From: an uncultured Thermoplasmata archaeon
Lineage (GTDB): Archaea > Thermoplasmatota > Thermoplasmata > UBA10834
NCBI GenBank assembly: GCA_963719945.1
Contig: CAVRDX010000001.1
Location: 736,001 to 800,000, forward strand
Length of the DNA stretch: 64,000 nucleotides
Direction: 5' to 3'
A program made the position numbers and the translations under genes. Of the stretch, positions 29,772 through 39,372 are shown piece by piece; positions within the stretch are counted from its first letter, which is position 1; every line of letters begins with the position of its first letter. The notes below the pieces were generated by a model. The model was not told where the DNA came from. It ran no database searches and was given only the letters and a program-made list of their open reading frames with translations.

Positions 29772-30280
29772 AGAGTGAGAGGATCATCGAAGCCGAGCTG
29801 TTCTCCGCCGGCAAACCTGTGACAGTGACGGACCTGTCCCAGAAATCAGGCCTTGATACCAGGACTATAAGGGGCGCACTTCAGAAGCTCACCGAAGAAT
29901 ACAACGATTCGGACAGAGCGATCGAGATATCCAAGATGGGGCCAAGGTACTCCATGCAGGTCAAGAAAGACTACAAGGACTTGGCATACAGGCTGGCAGA
30001 CATGAACATACCCAAGGATGTCCTCAAGACCGCATCGCTCATCGCATATTATCAGCCAGTGCTGCAGAGCAAGCTCTTCGATCTCCTGGGCAGCAAGATA
30101 TATGATCATGTGAAGAAGCTTGAGGAACTCAAACTCGTCAAGACGAGGAAGAGGAAGAACAGCCTCGAGATCACCACGACAAAGAAGTTCATCGAGACTT
30201 TCGGAATAGACGCCCGGTCCAGGGATGAGGTCAAAGCTTGGTTCGAGGGAGAACTTGCCAAGAAGGCCAAGAAGAACTGA
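29768..30280 (+). CDS. scpB: SMC-Scp complex subunit ScpB
   Basis: IEA.LF.AG.P, IAY.QP, F..TFG; GTG overlaps the scpA stop codon. Confidence 0.92.
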   Translation: MKSERIIEAELFSAGKPVTVTDLSQKSGLDTRTIRGALQKLTEEYNDSDRAIEISKMGPRYSMQVKKDYKDLAYRLADMNIPKDVLKTASLIAYYQPVLQSKLFDLLGSKIYDHVKKLEELKLVKTRKRKNSLEITTTKKFIETFGIDARSRDEVKAWFEGELAKKAKKN

Positions 30281-30369
30281 GTTTGACCCATTCCAGTGAC
30301 ATATGTCAGGCCCTTCGGATACGCAAAGCTTTAAGTGACCTGCGTACATTGCGACTTCAGTGATTTCTG

Positions 30370-30585
30370 ATGGTCATGCCGCTCAGTTTGCTTGAGAAAT
30401 CGATGAACAAGAAAGTCTCTCTTCTGCTCAAGGACAGCAGGACGCTCGAGGGTACCCTCGTGGGATTCGACGATTACTTGAACATGGTCCTCGACGATAC
30501 CGAAGAGACGAACGGTGACCAAGTAAAGAGACTCGGCACGGTCATACTCCGCGGGAACAATGTCGTCAGCATAGCCCCGAAGTAA
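30370..30585 (+). CDS. Sm/Lsm archaeal protein (SmAP)
   Basis: G.L.GFD.YLNMVL, ILRGNNV. Confidence 0.95.
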   Translation: MVMPLSLLEKSMNKKVSLLLKDSRTLEGTLVGFDDYLNMVLDDTEETNGDQVKRLGTVILRGNNVVSIAPK

Positions 30586-30675
30586 TGGCCTGCAAGATTC
30601 TGCAGACATTGATTGCTCAGCGGATGCCCTGACACTGAAGATGATTTTATACATCCAAGTCGTTCCACGGCTGAC

Positions 30676-31650
30676 ATGAAAGCTGTACTGTTGGTGGGAG
30701 GGCTTGGAACCAGACTCCGGCCCCTGACATATCGTATTCCAAAACCACTCGTTCCTGTGATGGGGAAGCCGCTCATCATGCATGCGGTCGACTCCCTCCC
30801 AGATGAGGTTGACGAGGTGATCATCCCTGTTGGCTACAAGAAGGAGGTCATGCAGGATTATCTCGAGAGGAATAGACCGAAGCGAAAGATAACACTCGTC
30901 GACGAGCCTGAACCGCTTGGTACCGGTGGAGCGGTGAAGAACGTTGAAGAGTACATCGATGGGCCGTTCATGGTTCTGAACGGAGACATGATATCATCAT
31001 TGGACCTCAACGACTTCCTGCGATTCCACAGGACAAAAGGAGGGATCGCATCGATCTCGCTGTGGCAGGTGGAGGACCCATCCCCCTTCGGCGTCGCCTT
31101 GCTAGATGAAGACAATAGGATAACGAGATTCCAGGAGAAGCCGAAGAGGGAAGAAGCATTCTCTGATTGGATCAATGCAGGTGCATATGCGCTCGAATAC
31201 GAGGTGCTTGATCACATAGGTGAGGGCTTTGTCTCAATGGAACGAGAGGTCTTCCCGAAGCTCCTTGACCTTGGCATGTATGGACTGAAATTCGACGGAC
31301 ACTGGATCGACTGCGGAACCAGAGAGAACCTGCTGGGCGCGTTCAATATCCTGATGGGCTCCATGAGCAATGTATCACCAGAGGCGGTGATCGAAGGCGC
31401 AGTCATCAATGAGCCAGCTGTAGTCGAGAAGGGCGCAGTGATAGCCGGTGCGACGATTGGCCCGAATTCATACATATCCGAGCGCGCGGTCGTTGGTCCG
31501 CTCTCAAATGTCCAAGGTTCTATCATCTACAGTGATGCACGGATCGGGTCCAGGAGCAAGATCCGCGACTCGATAATCGATGAGGGCGTCACGATACCGG
31601 ATGGTGCAGAGATCGTTTCGAAGATCATAAGCCATGCAGCAGATGAATGA
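30676..31650 (+). CDS. NDP-sugar synthase (mannose-1-phosphate guanylyltransferase-like)
   Basis: GGLGTRLRPLT..IPKPL, EPLGTGGA, LNGD, FQEKP, W.D.G, C-terminal hexapeptide repeats; TTTTATA about 25-30 nt upstream. Confidence 0.92.
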   Translation: MKAVLLVGGLGTRLRPLTYRIPKPLVPVMGKPLIMHAVDSLPDEVDEVIIPVGYKKEVMQDYLERNRPKRKITLVDEPEPLGTGGAVKNVEEYIDGPFMVLNGDMISSLDLNDFLRFHRTKGGIASISLWQVEDPSPFGVALLDEDNRITRFQEKPKREEAFSDWINAGAYALEYEVLDHIGEGFVSMEREVFPKLLDLGMYGLKFDGHWIDCGTRENLLGAFNILMGSMSNVSPEAVIEGAVINEPAVVEKGAVIAGATIGPNSYISERAVVGPLSNVQGSIIYSDARIGSRSKIRDSIIDEGVTIPDGAEIVSKIISHAADE

Positions 31651-31668
31651 ACCGTTGTCGCATTCGTA

Positions 31669-32685
31669 TCAGAAGAACCACACATAGCTCAGGAACATTA
31701 GTCCGGATATCGTAGCCGCTGCAGGTATCGTGAGTATCCACGCAATGACTATCTTTCTTCCGACGCCCCATCTGACGGCTGAAGCGCGTTTGGTCGCGCC
31801 TACACCCATGATCGCTCCGGATGCGGTATGCGTTGTGCTGACAGGGATTCCGAATATCGCAGTGACCATCAGCATGGTGGCCGCGCCCGTCTCAGCACAG
31901 AATCCCTGGTAGGGATCGAGCTTGGTTATTCTTGAGGCCATCGTCTTGACGATCCTCCATCCGCCGAAGAAGGTGCCCAGTGCCAACATCGCACCGCAAG
32001 ATAATCTAATCCAGGTATCTACTGCAAACGTGCCGGTCGCAAATGTTCCAGCCTCAAGCATAATCACAGTGGCTATGATGCCCATGCCCTTCTGAGCGTC
32101 ATTCGTTCCATGAGTCAATGAAAGATATGCCATGGAACCGATCTGCAACTTCCTGAACCACTTGTTCACAAACGAACGAGACGCCCTTTTCGCGAGTCTC
32201 ATGACGATGACCGCGAGACCGAAGGCGATCGCAAATCCAGCCAGCGGAGATATCACAATGAACGCGATTGTTTTGAGTACGCTAGTCCATACGACTGCGT
32301 CTATGAACCATACCGCGCCTCCGGCACCGACTAGACCACCAATGAGAGCGTGGCTGCTAGATGTCGGTATCCCGAACCACCACGTGATCAAGTCCCAGAC
32401 TATCGCACCCATTATCGCGCAGAATACAAGAGGAACACCGTAGTCCACCAGGAGACCTGTGTCGATTATCCCTGTCCCCATGGTCTTTGCGACCTCCAGG
32501 CCTAGGAAGATGCCAAGGAAATTGAAGACTGCAGCAAGGCCGACCGCATATACCGGGGACAGTACTTTTGTGGCCACGACAGTCGCTATAGAATTCGCTG
32601 AATCATGGAACCCGTTGACAAATTCGAATCCCAGCGTGAGTGCGATTGTTATCAGGCCAAGGGTCGAGAGTCCCAGAAGGTCCAT
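31669..32685 (-). CDS. pit: Inorganic phosphate transporter (PiT family)
   Basis: NGFHDSANSIAT, GIPTSSSHALIGG, HGTNDAQK, PVSTTH. Confidence 0.96.
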   Translation of the reverse strand: MDLLGLSTLGLITIALTLGFEFVNGFHDSANSIATVVATKVLSPVYAVGLAAVFNFLGIFLGLEVAKTMGTGIIDTGLLVDYGVPLVFCAIMGAIVWDLITWWFGIPTSSSHALIGGLVGAGGAVWFIDAVVWTSVLKTIAFIVISPLAGFAIAFGLAVIVMRLAKRASRSFVNKWFRKLQIGSMAYLSLTHGTNDAQKGMGIIATVIMLEAGTFATGTFAVDTWIRLSCGAMLALGTFFGGWRIVKTMASRITKLDPYQGFCAETGAATMLMVTAIFGIPVSTTHTASGAIMGVGATKRASAVRWGVGRKIVIAWILTIPAAATISGLMFLSYVWFF

Positions 32686-32695
32686 GGATTCCCAC

Positions 32696-33325
32696 CTAGG
32701 AATTCTTGATAAAGATGTCCTTTATGACATCTGCAACATCTTCACATTTGTCAGTGGCCATCTCGAGATGCTCGTAAATCTCCTTCAGCTTGATTATCTC
32801 CAGGACATCCTTCGTCTTGAAAAGATTTGCGATAGCAGTGTGAGTGATATCGTCACCGACATTCTCCCAGCGGTTTATCTCGATACAGTGTTGGAGGATC
32901 TCGTTCCTACGCTTGAAGTTCTTGAGATCCTTCACAGCATGAGTTGTCTCGCGAACCGAACTCACGACGACCTCGGCGAGCTTGACCATCTCTGGGGGTA
33001 TCGTCTTGATCTCATATGACCACATTCTGTGTGAAGCGGCCTCCATATAGTCCAAGATATCGTCGAGTCTGGATGCTAGCTTCGACATATCATCATGGTC
33101 TATAGGAGTGACGAAGGTCTTGTTGAGCGCCTCGGCGATCGTATGCACAAGGTCGTCTCCTTTGTGCTCAATATCCTTCATCCGATCTCGTTTCGCAGCG
33201 ACGTTTGTGTAATCCTTGACCATGTCAAGGAGAGCTTCTGCCCCTTCAAGGACTACGTTCGCCTGTTGGTCCAGTAGGGAAAAGAAGTGCTTCTCTTGAG
33301 GAATAATCCATTCCTTAAATCCCAT
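32696..33325 (-). CDS. DUF47/PhoU-like phosphate transport regulator
   Basis: EHKGD, TFVTPID, LDDILD, EN.GD, E.ATDKCEDVA; upstream of pit. Confidence 0.93.
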   Translation of the reverse strand: MGFKEWIIPQEKHFFSLLDQQANVVLEGAEALLDMVKDYTNVAAKRDRMKDIEHKGDDLVHTIAEALNKTFVTPIDHDDMSKLASRLDDILDYMEAASHRMWSYEIKTIPPEMVKLAEVVVSSVRETTHAVKDLKNFKRRNEILQHCIEINRWENVGDDITHTAIANLFKTKDVLEIIKLKEIYEHLEMATDKCEDVADVIKDIFIKNS

Positions 33326-33470
33326 CGAGTGCGCCCCCCGATATATGTCAATATGAATCTCCATATTAAGGCTTGTGGGACTATGCAGATAGCGCCATTC
33401 AGAACTAGATTATTGCGCATTTCGTTCATAGAGGAATGTCTTTTATCCTCAACTCGAATATCGTGGGACA

Positions 33471-34850
33471 ATGATACTCCAATCCAAGGACAGTGAAGCC
33501 CCGAGATTGTTCGGAACCAATGGCGTCCGTGGTGTGGTGAACACTTCTGAGATGGATAGCACATTCGCCCTGAGACTAGGACAGGCGATCGGGACGTACA
33601 TGAAGGGTCCGGTCATGATCGGCACCGACGCCAGAGCATCTGGCCAGATGATAAAATCAGCATGCGCAGCAGGCCTCATGGCGACAGGATGCGACGTGCT
33701 CGACTGTGGGGTAGTCCCAACTCCCACGATTCAATTTGCAGTGAAGAATAATAAAGTGGCCGGAGGAATCATGATCACGGCCTCACACAACCCTCCAGAG
33801 TTCAATGGCATAAAATGCATAGACCCAGATGGGACTGAGATGGCCAGGCAGAACGAGGAGAAGATCGAACGGATCTTTCATGAAAAGAGCTTCGCGAGGG
33901 CAGATTGGAACAGTCTGGGTGTGACCAAGCCATATACGACAACGATTGACGAGTATGTGGATGCCATAATCGGACTCGTAGACGCAGAGGCCATCCGGAA
34001 GGCAGGACTGAGGGTAGCAGTGGACTGTAGCAATGGAGCTGCGTCCCATGTGACCCCCAAGATGCTGGAGAGATTGGGGGTCAAGTATGTCACTCTGAAT
34101 GCAGATCCGAACGGAGCATTCCCGGGTCATAACAGCGAACCGACACCAGAGAACACGAAGGACATCGTCGGGCTCGTCAAAGCGGGAGGATTCGATTTCG
34201 GGTTCGTTCACGATGGAGATGCTGACAGAACCATATTCATCGACGATACTGGAAGATACCTTTATGGGGACAGGAGCCTGGCGCTCTGCGCATATCATGC
34301 ATGCAGGAAGAACAAGGGAGGATTGATCGTCACATCCGTGGGATCTTCCATGTGCGTCGAAGACGCCACGAAGATGGCTGGTGGCGATATCCTTTACACG
34401 ATGGTCGGCTCCCCGATAGTGGCCAGGGAGATGATCAAGCACAATTCGGTCTTCGGTGGAGAGGAGAATGGTGGACTGATATTCCCAGAACTCCAGTACT
34501 GCAGGGACGGCGCCATGAGCGGCGCAAAGATACTGGAGATAGTTGCCCATCACGGCAGACTCTCAGAGCAGATGGACAAGATACCATCGTATTCGCAGTA
34601 CAAAGTCAAGACGAAGTGTCCCAACGACCGCAAGCAGGAGATCATGTCCAAGCTGGCAGCCTCCGCGAAAGGAGATAGATTAGACACCACGGATGGTGTC
34701 AAGATATTCTCGAAAAAGAGCTGGGTACTAGTAAGACCTTCAGGAACGGAGCCGATATTCAGGGTGTTCTCTGAAGCACCTACGATGGAAGAAGCGAAGA
34801 AGCTCGCAGAGGATTATAAGACGGAAGTTGAGAGACTCCTGAAAGAATGA
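33471..34850 (+). CDS. glmM: Phosphoglucosamine mutase / phosphohexomutase
   Basis: LFGTNGVRG, TASHNPPE.NG, DGDADR, GGEENGG, VRPSGTEP. Confidence 0.9.
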   Translation: MILQSKDSEAPRLFGTNGVRGVVNTSEMDSTFALRLGQAIGTYMKGPVMIGTDARASGQMIKSACAAGLMATGCDVLDCGVVPTPTIQFAVKNNKVAGGIMITASHNPPEFNGIKCIDPDGTEMARQNEEKIERIFHEKSFARADWNSLGVTKPYTTTIDEYVDAIIGLVDAEAIRKAGLRVAVDCSNGAASHVTPKMLERLGVKYVTLNADPNGAFPGHNSEPTPENTKDIVGLVKAGGFDFGFVHDGDADRTIFIDDTGRYLYGDRSLALCAYHACRKNKGGLIVTSVGSSMCVEDATKMAGGDILYTMVGSPIVAREMIKHNSVFGGEENGGLIFPELQYCRDGAMSGAKILEIVAHHGRLSEQMDKIPSYSQYKVKTKCPNDRKQEIMSKLAASAKGDRLDTTDGVKIFSKKSWVLVRPSGTEPIFRVFSEAPTMEEAKKLAEDYKTEVERLLKE

Positions 34851-34853
34851 GGC

Positions 34854-35720
34854 TCACTTCTTGTGCGTGGCCATCCATTTGACGGCGACGACTTCTCGGA
34901 TCAGTCTGGCCGCCAATATCGAGGTGTTTCCGTTGTCGTACGGGGGACAGACCTCCACGACATCGAAACCTATCAGGCGGTCTCCGAGCTTGTTGATGAC
35001 GTACTTGACATCCCATGGAGTAATCCCGAAAGGTTCAGGTGTTCCGGTGCCAGGAGCGAACGATGGGTCGATGCCATCTATATCGACCGATAGATACACG
35101 GGTTGATGCTTCAATTTGGCCAGCATCTCATCGAATACCTTGGCAACGCCCTCTCTGTGGATCCTGAATGCGTCCGCGTACAGTGCCTTCTCCTTCTCTT
35201 CGCTCTCAGATATGGATCGGACGCCGAATGCGAACACATTTCCCTCGCCCACGATGTCCTCAATTCGCTTATGCGCGCAGGCGTGGCTGTTCTTCAATCC
35301 CTGATATTCATTCCTATAATCGAGGTGGGCATCGATAGTGATCACGGACATCTCATCACGGTCATGCGCCCTCACTATAGGTGGGGACACTGAATGCTCT
35401 CCACCGACAGATATCAGGAACTTTCCGGAGGAGATCATCTTCCTGGCCTCTTCCTCGATAGATACGACCATATCATCGACGGTGCCCTCTTCATACAGAT
35501 CCCCGGCATCGTGGAACTTGACATTGTCGAATGAGAAGTCGTGCTCAAACATCGTCATCTCAAAATTGGATGAGGCCTCACGGATGGTAGTGGGGGCGAA
35601 ACGCGCGCCGCTCCTGAATGTGGTAGTGCGGTCAAAAGGAATCCCTAGGACAACGAATTCCGATTCATCATATCCGTCACCCGCATCCGCGAACCTAAGC
35701 ATCCCGCGGGTAGGCATCAT
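34854..35720 (-). CDS. speB: Agmatinase (ureohydrolase family)
   Basis: GGEHS, DAHLD, SHAC, DIDGIDPSFAPGTGTPEPFG, DVVEV.P.YD. Confidence 0.93.
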   Translation of the reverse strand: MMPTRGMLRFADAGDGYDESEFVVLGIPFDRTTTFRSGARFAPTTIREASSNFEMTMFEHDFSFDNVKFHDAGDLYEEGTVDDMVVSIEEEARKMISSGKFLISVGGEHSVSPPIVRAHDRDEMSVITIDAHLDYRNEYQGLKNSHACAHKRIEDIVGEGNVFAFGVRSISESEEKEKALYADAFRIHREGVAKVFDEMLAKLKHQPVYLSVDIDGIDPSFAPGTGTPEPFGITPWDVKYVINKLGDRLIGFDVVEVCPPYDNGNTSILAARLIREVVAVKWMATHKK

Positions 35721-36109
35721 CACACCTTGGTGATCTTCTTTCGTCCCATAGCGATAAGGTAAAGGATCTCCTCGCCAGGCTGCAGAGAATCCTTCAGTTC
35801 GTCTGGAATGGGGAGCGTGAACATCTCATAGGTCTCGAGGTCCATCAACTGCACCTCTGCACCACCCAAAACCGAGACTATCTGAGCTTGTCTCTTGTCG
35901 ATCAATGGCACCTGAACCTTGTGCTTGACAGGGTAGACGACTGAGCGCTTGTTACCGTCGAAGATCCCTATGGCCTCGATACGGGCCTTGGCCTCGCCGT
36001 GTTTCCCTGGCTTGGAAGTCGAGATGCTGACAATCTTACAGGGTTCGTCCTCGATGTTGAGATACCGTCCCTCTTTGAGGGTTCTGACTTCTGCTTGCTC
36101 CCATGCCAT
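35720..36109 (-). CDS. eif5a: Translation factor aIF-5A
   Basis: Hypusine-site motif [19 protein letters not shown]. Confidence 0.97.
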   Translation of the reverse strand: MAWEQAEVRTLKEGRYLNIEDEPCKIVSISTSKPGKHGEAKARIEAIGIFDGNKRSVVYPVKHKVQVPLIDKRQAQIVSVLGGAEVQLMDLETYEMFTLPIPDELKDSLQPGEEILYLIAMGRKKITKV

Positions 36110-36160
36110 GGATACCACTTCATCTGACCGTAAACCTCGGGTATTTAAAATACTTACGCG

Positions 36161-37207
36161 TCAGCGCCGACCCCGTCGAGTTTTGGCCGGCTTCTTTTTA
36201 GGGGGCGCTGCGTGCTGTTTCCGTATCTCGGCGATCCGCTTATCCAGCTGCTCCTTGAGTATCGGCGAGATATCACTTTTTGAATATGCATCGGCTCTGG
36301 CAGCCAGGCAGGTCTTGGCTGCAATGGCCCTAGCAATGGCTCCACGTTGCCACAAGGGAGCGTTATGGACGAGGGGATGCTGGAAGAGGACACCGTGCTT
36401 TGGAGGTGGGCTTCCCTTCTTGAGATGTCTGAACATGGCTTTTTCAGCACCGAGCAGCTGGACAGTGCTCGATGGGAACGAAGCTAACCTCATAAGATTT
36501 CCCGATAGCATGATCAGCCTTGCCCCGATGACTGGACCCACCAAAGCAGATACGTTTGGAGCCACCTCTTGCATCCTAGCCTCGACATATCTCTCGATCT
36601 TCGCTCTAGCGGAATAAGACTCCACGAGCGCATTTGCGAGCACCTTCAGAGATTCCAGGTCCTGAGGCGCTATCTCTGAACCTATGGAATCCATTCCGAG
36701 TTTGAGCTCGCTCATGATATCATGTCGAGAACCGTGCTCAGCGATTGCCTTGGGGTACGCATCCCCACCCATCACTACCTCGAGTTCTGGGAAGTGGAGA
36801 CCATACCATTCTCGCAATCGCTCAGATAGAATGTTCGTTGTGAAGACCAGGTCATCGTACGCTCGCACCGCCTGTCCCAGATGCACATCTGGCCCGATGC
36901 TGCTCCTGACGGAGTCCTTGGCCAGTATTATTGTTGCCTCACGATAGATATCGATAGTGAATCCGTAGCTCTCCGGCTTTATGAAAGATGAATCGAGCTT
37001 GACGACCTTGCCGAAATCCGACAGTCTGCGGTCCGCGACCTGCTTCGCAGATGATGCTATCCCGATCTCTTCGTCGAGGAGATCCCCTTTCATTATCCTT
37101 CCGAGCCTGGAAGCAATCGCGGCAGCATCCTTGGGGAAAAGTGCGACCTTTCTCACCTTGCCATCGTCGCATATGAAGCTGCCGAACCACTTTGTGACTA
37201 GGATCAT
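36161..37207 (-). CDS. nop5: Nop5 (Nop56/58) C/D box sRNP protein
   Basis: ERLREWYGLHFPEL, APNVSALVG, PSSTVQLLGAEKA, PPKHG, basic tail. Confidence 0.94.
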   Translation of the reverse strand: MILVTKWFGSFICDDGKVRKVALFPKDAAAIASRLGRIMKGDLLDEEIGIASSAKQVADRRLSDFGKVVKLDSSFIKPESYGFTIDIYREATIILAKDSVRSSIGPDVHLGQAVRAYDDLVFTTNILSERLREWYGLHFPELEVVMGGDAYPKAIAEHGSRHDIMSELKLGMDSIGSEIAPQDLESLKVLANALVESYSARAKIERYVEARMQEVAPNVSALVGPVIGARLIMLSGNLMRLASFPSSTVQLLGAEKAMFRHLKKGSPPPKHGVLFQHPLVHNAPLWQRGAIARAIAAKTCLAARADAYSKSDISPILKEQLDKRIAEIRKQHAAPPKKKPAKTRRGRR

Positions 37208-37366
37208 CTCTGCCCATATCCGGCACTCAGCTAAAAAGCCTATTGGGGAGCGGATAATCTGGCCATAGGCCACGCTGAGAAGAATATCTAGAAAATCATT
37301 ATCAACCCAGCAGGCATCCATATTTTGGGTGTTTCGAAATTGACTAGAGAGTTCGATCATATTGGA

Positions 37367-38100
37367 ATGGATGCATGGCATACCTGCGAAAGTGAGGTCA
37401 TAAGACCGGAAATCCTCGCGAAGCCTCTAGACGTTCGGACTGCAATAATGTCATTCACGGGGACCTGTTCGAACCCCTTCTGAGCGTCCTGGATATGGAC
37501 TACGCCACCATCGCTCCGACACCTTGACGGTGCAGTAGAAGGAAGGATTGGAAACGAGATCGCTGTTTACAGATCAGCAGTCGGGGCACCTGCTGCTGGA
37601 ATGCTATTCGAGGAATTGATCGCATCAGGAATAAGATCGAATCTATGATACTGGACTTGCGGGCTCGATCACACCAAGATGTAGGATCGGGGATCTGGTT
37701 GTTCCGACCTGGGGAATTAGAGAAGAAGGAACTTCGTATCATTATCTCCCACGCGAACAATCAGTAGACCGTCGCGACGAGGCTCGCTCGGAAGCTGCAG
37801 GCAGCTCTGGGAGGGATATCCATACCAGAAGGTAGGGGTCTGGACGACCGACGCCCCCTTCAGAGAATCATGAGAAGGTTCGGGATTACAGACAAGCCGG
37901 AGCACTCGCGGTGGATATGGAGTGCACAGCACTCATGGCGATATCAATGTTCAGGAAAGACGAATTTGCGTTTCGTTGCTCGTGATATCGGACGAGACGA
38001 TCAGAGACGAATGGCTCGAAGGATTCGATACGGACCATCTGAAGAAATCCATCACCGTGCATGCGACGTATTGAAGAGATTGCCGACAGGCAATAGAGCA
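37367..38100 (+). pseudogene. Nucleoside phosphorylase (uridine/purine phosphorylase family) broken by at least 6 frameshifts (true pseudogene or assembly error)
   Basis: Collinear motifs in alternating frames: GAPAAGMLFEELIASG (~37583), GLAGS...GDLVVPTWGIREEGTSYHYLP (~37653-37751), GVWTTDAPFRE (~37835), LAVDME (~37905), LLVISDE (~37976). Confidence 0.88.
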
Positions 38101-38122
38101 AGTCGAGACGATGCATTGAATC

Positions 38123-39102
38123 TCAGAAAACACCTGGCGCAAGGATGCCTTTCTCAGTTATGAATCCTGTAACATACTTCGCGGGTGTTACATCAAAGGC
38201 AGGGTTCAACGCTCTCGCCCCCTTGGGGCGATCTCGACCCCATCAATGAGCAGAACCTCGTTCTGGGAACGCTCCTCGATGACGATGTCCCCCTCTCCCT
38301 TTAGGGCTCTATCGAAGGTGGAGATAGGGGCTGCGACATAGAACGGTATGCCGTTCTCCTTGGCGATTACCGCCTTCTCGTAGGTACCGATTTTGTTGGC
38401 AAAATCACCGTTGACAGCTATCCTGTCCGCACCAACGATGACCATGTCCACCTTTCCCTTCATCATGTAATATCCAGCAGCATTGTCTGCGATGATGGCA
38501 TGTTCGATCCCTTCATTCAAGAGTTCCCAGGAGGTGAGTTTTGCACCTTGCAGTCGAGGCCTAGTCTCATCCACATAGACGAAGAACTTCTTCCCTGCCC
38601 TGTGCGCTACCCTCATGGGTGCCAAAGCGGTGCCGAAATCAACGGTCGCGAGCGCACCCGCGTTACAGTGCGTGAGCAACCTCATCCCATCCTTGATCAG
38701 TGACGCTCCATGCTCACCTATTGTCCGGCACATGGCGATTATGCCTTCGGAATACAGCTCAGATTCCTTCACGAGGTCACCCTTGCTCTTTGAGAGCATC
38801 AAGTCGACTGCGTAGAACAGATCGAATGCAGTTGGACGCGTCGCCTTTATCGTCTTCGCTGCAACTTTCAGGTCCTCACCAGATTTCCAGGCAAGAGCCA
38901 TCCCGTATGCCGCAGCCGCACCGATCGCAGGCGCTCCTCTTACTGTCATGTTGGAGATCGCTTCGGCCATCTCGTGATAATCCTTGATCGTGATCACTTT
39001 GAGCTTCCTTGGGAGCATGCGCTGGTCGATCATCTTCACGACTTCGCCCTCCATCCAAAGAGCGCGCAGGTCCTCTCTTCCAGCCGGGGTGTTGATTCTC
39101 AT
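38123..39102 (-). CDS. mtnA: Methylthioribose-1-phosphate isomerase, with a frameshift at about 38220
   Basis: [50 protein letters not shown]. The conserved tail [22 protein letters not shown] continues in another frame after a G5 run, ending at TGA 38123. Confidence 0.92.
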
Positions 39103-39210
39103 GCAAGGTCGACAACGGTATCTCCATTAGACCCATAAAATGATGACTAGACCTGGCGCCAAAAGAATATTAAACAGATGCAGCATACATCGGCCGGAAC
39201 AGGCCATTAA

Positions 39211-39283
39211 GGGCCCATGGTCTAGCGGTTATGACGGCGCTCTCACACAGCGCAGATCACCGGTTCAAATCCGGTTGGGCCCA
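39211..39283 (+). tRNA. tRNA-Val (anticodon CAC), no intron, CCA not encoded
   Basis: Acceptor stem GGGCCCA/TGGGCCC, anticodon arm GCGCT-CTCACAC-AGCGC, T arm with GGTTCAAATCC. Confidence 0.97.
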
Positions 39284-39326
39284 CATCCATCTTTATCAAT
39301 AGGGATTTTGAAATAAAAATGATTTG

Positions 39327-39349
39327 AATGGGTGGGGGATCCACCCATT
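39327..39349 (-). terminator. Hairpin followed by a T-rich tract on the minus strand
   Basis: AATGGGTGG-GGGAT-CCACCCATT, then TTTTTATTT on the minus strand; lies between the convergent tRNA and surface-protein genes. Confidence 0.6.
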
Positions 39350-39372
39350 ACCAGATTTATTCAATGCAGGGT

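Noticed and set aside
30590-30675. Possible C/D box sRNA after the Sm gene (CTGA and TGAAGA motifs)
   Set aside because: No canonical RUGAUGA C box or convincing guide; TTTTATA is better explained as the promoter of the downstream leaderless gene
37367-38163. Selenocysteine or pyrrolysine readthrough explaining stops in the phosphorylase region
   Set aside because: The conserved motifs resume in different frames, so indels rather than in-frame recoded stops are responsible
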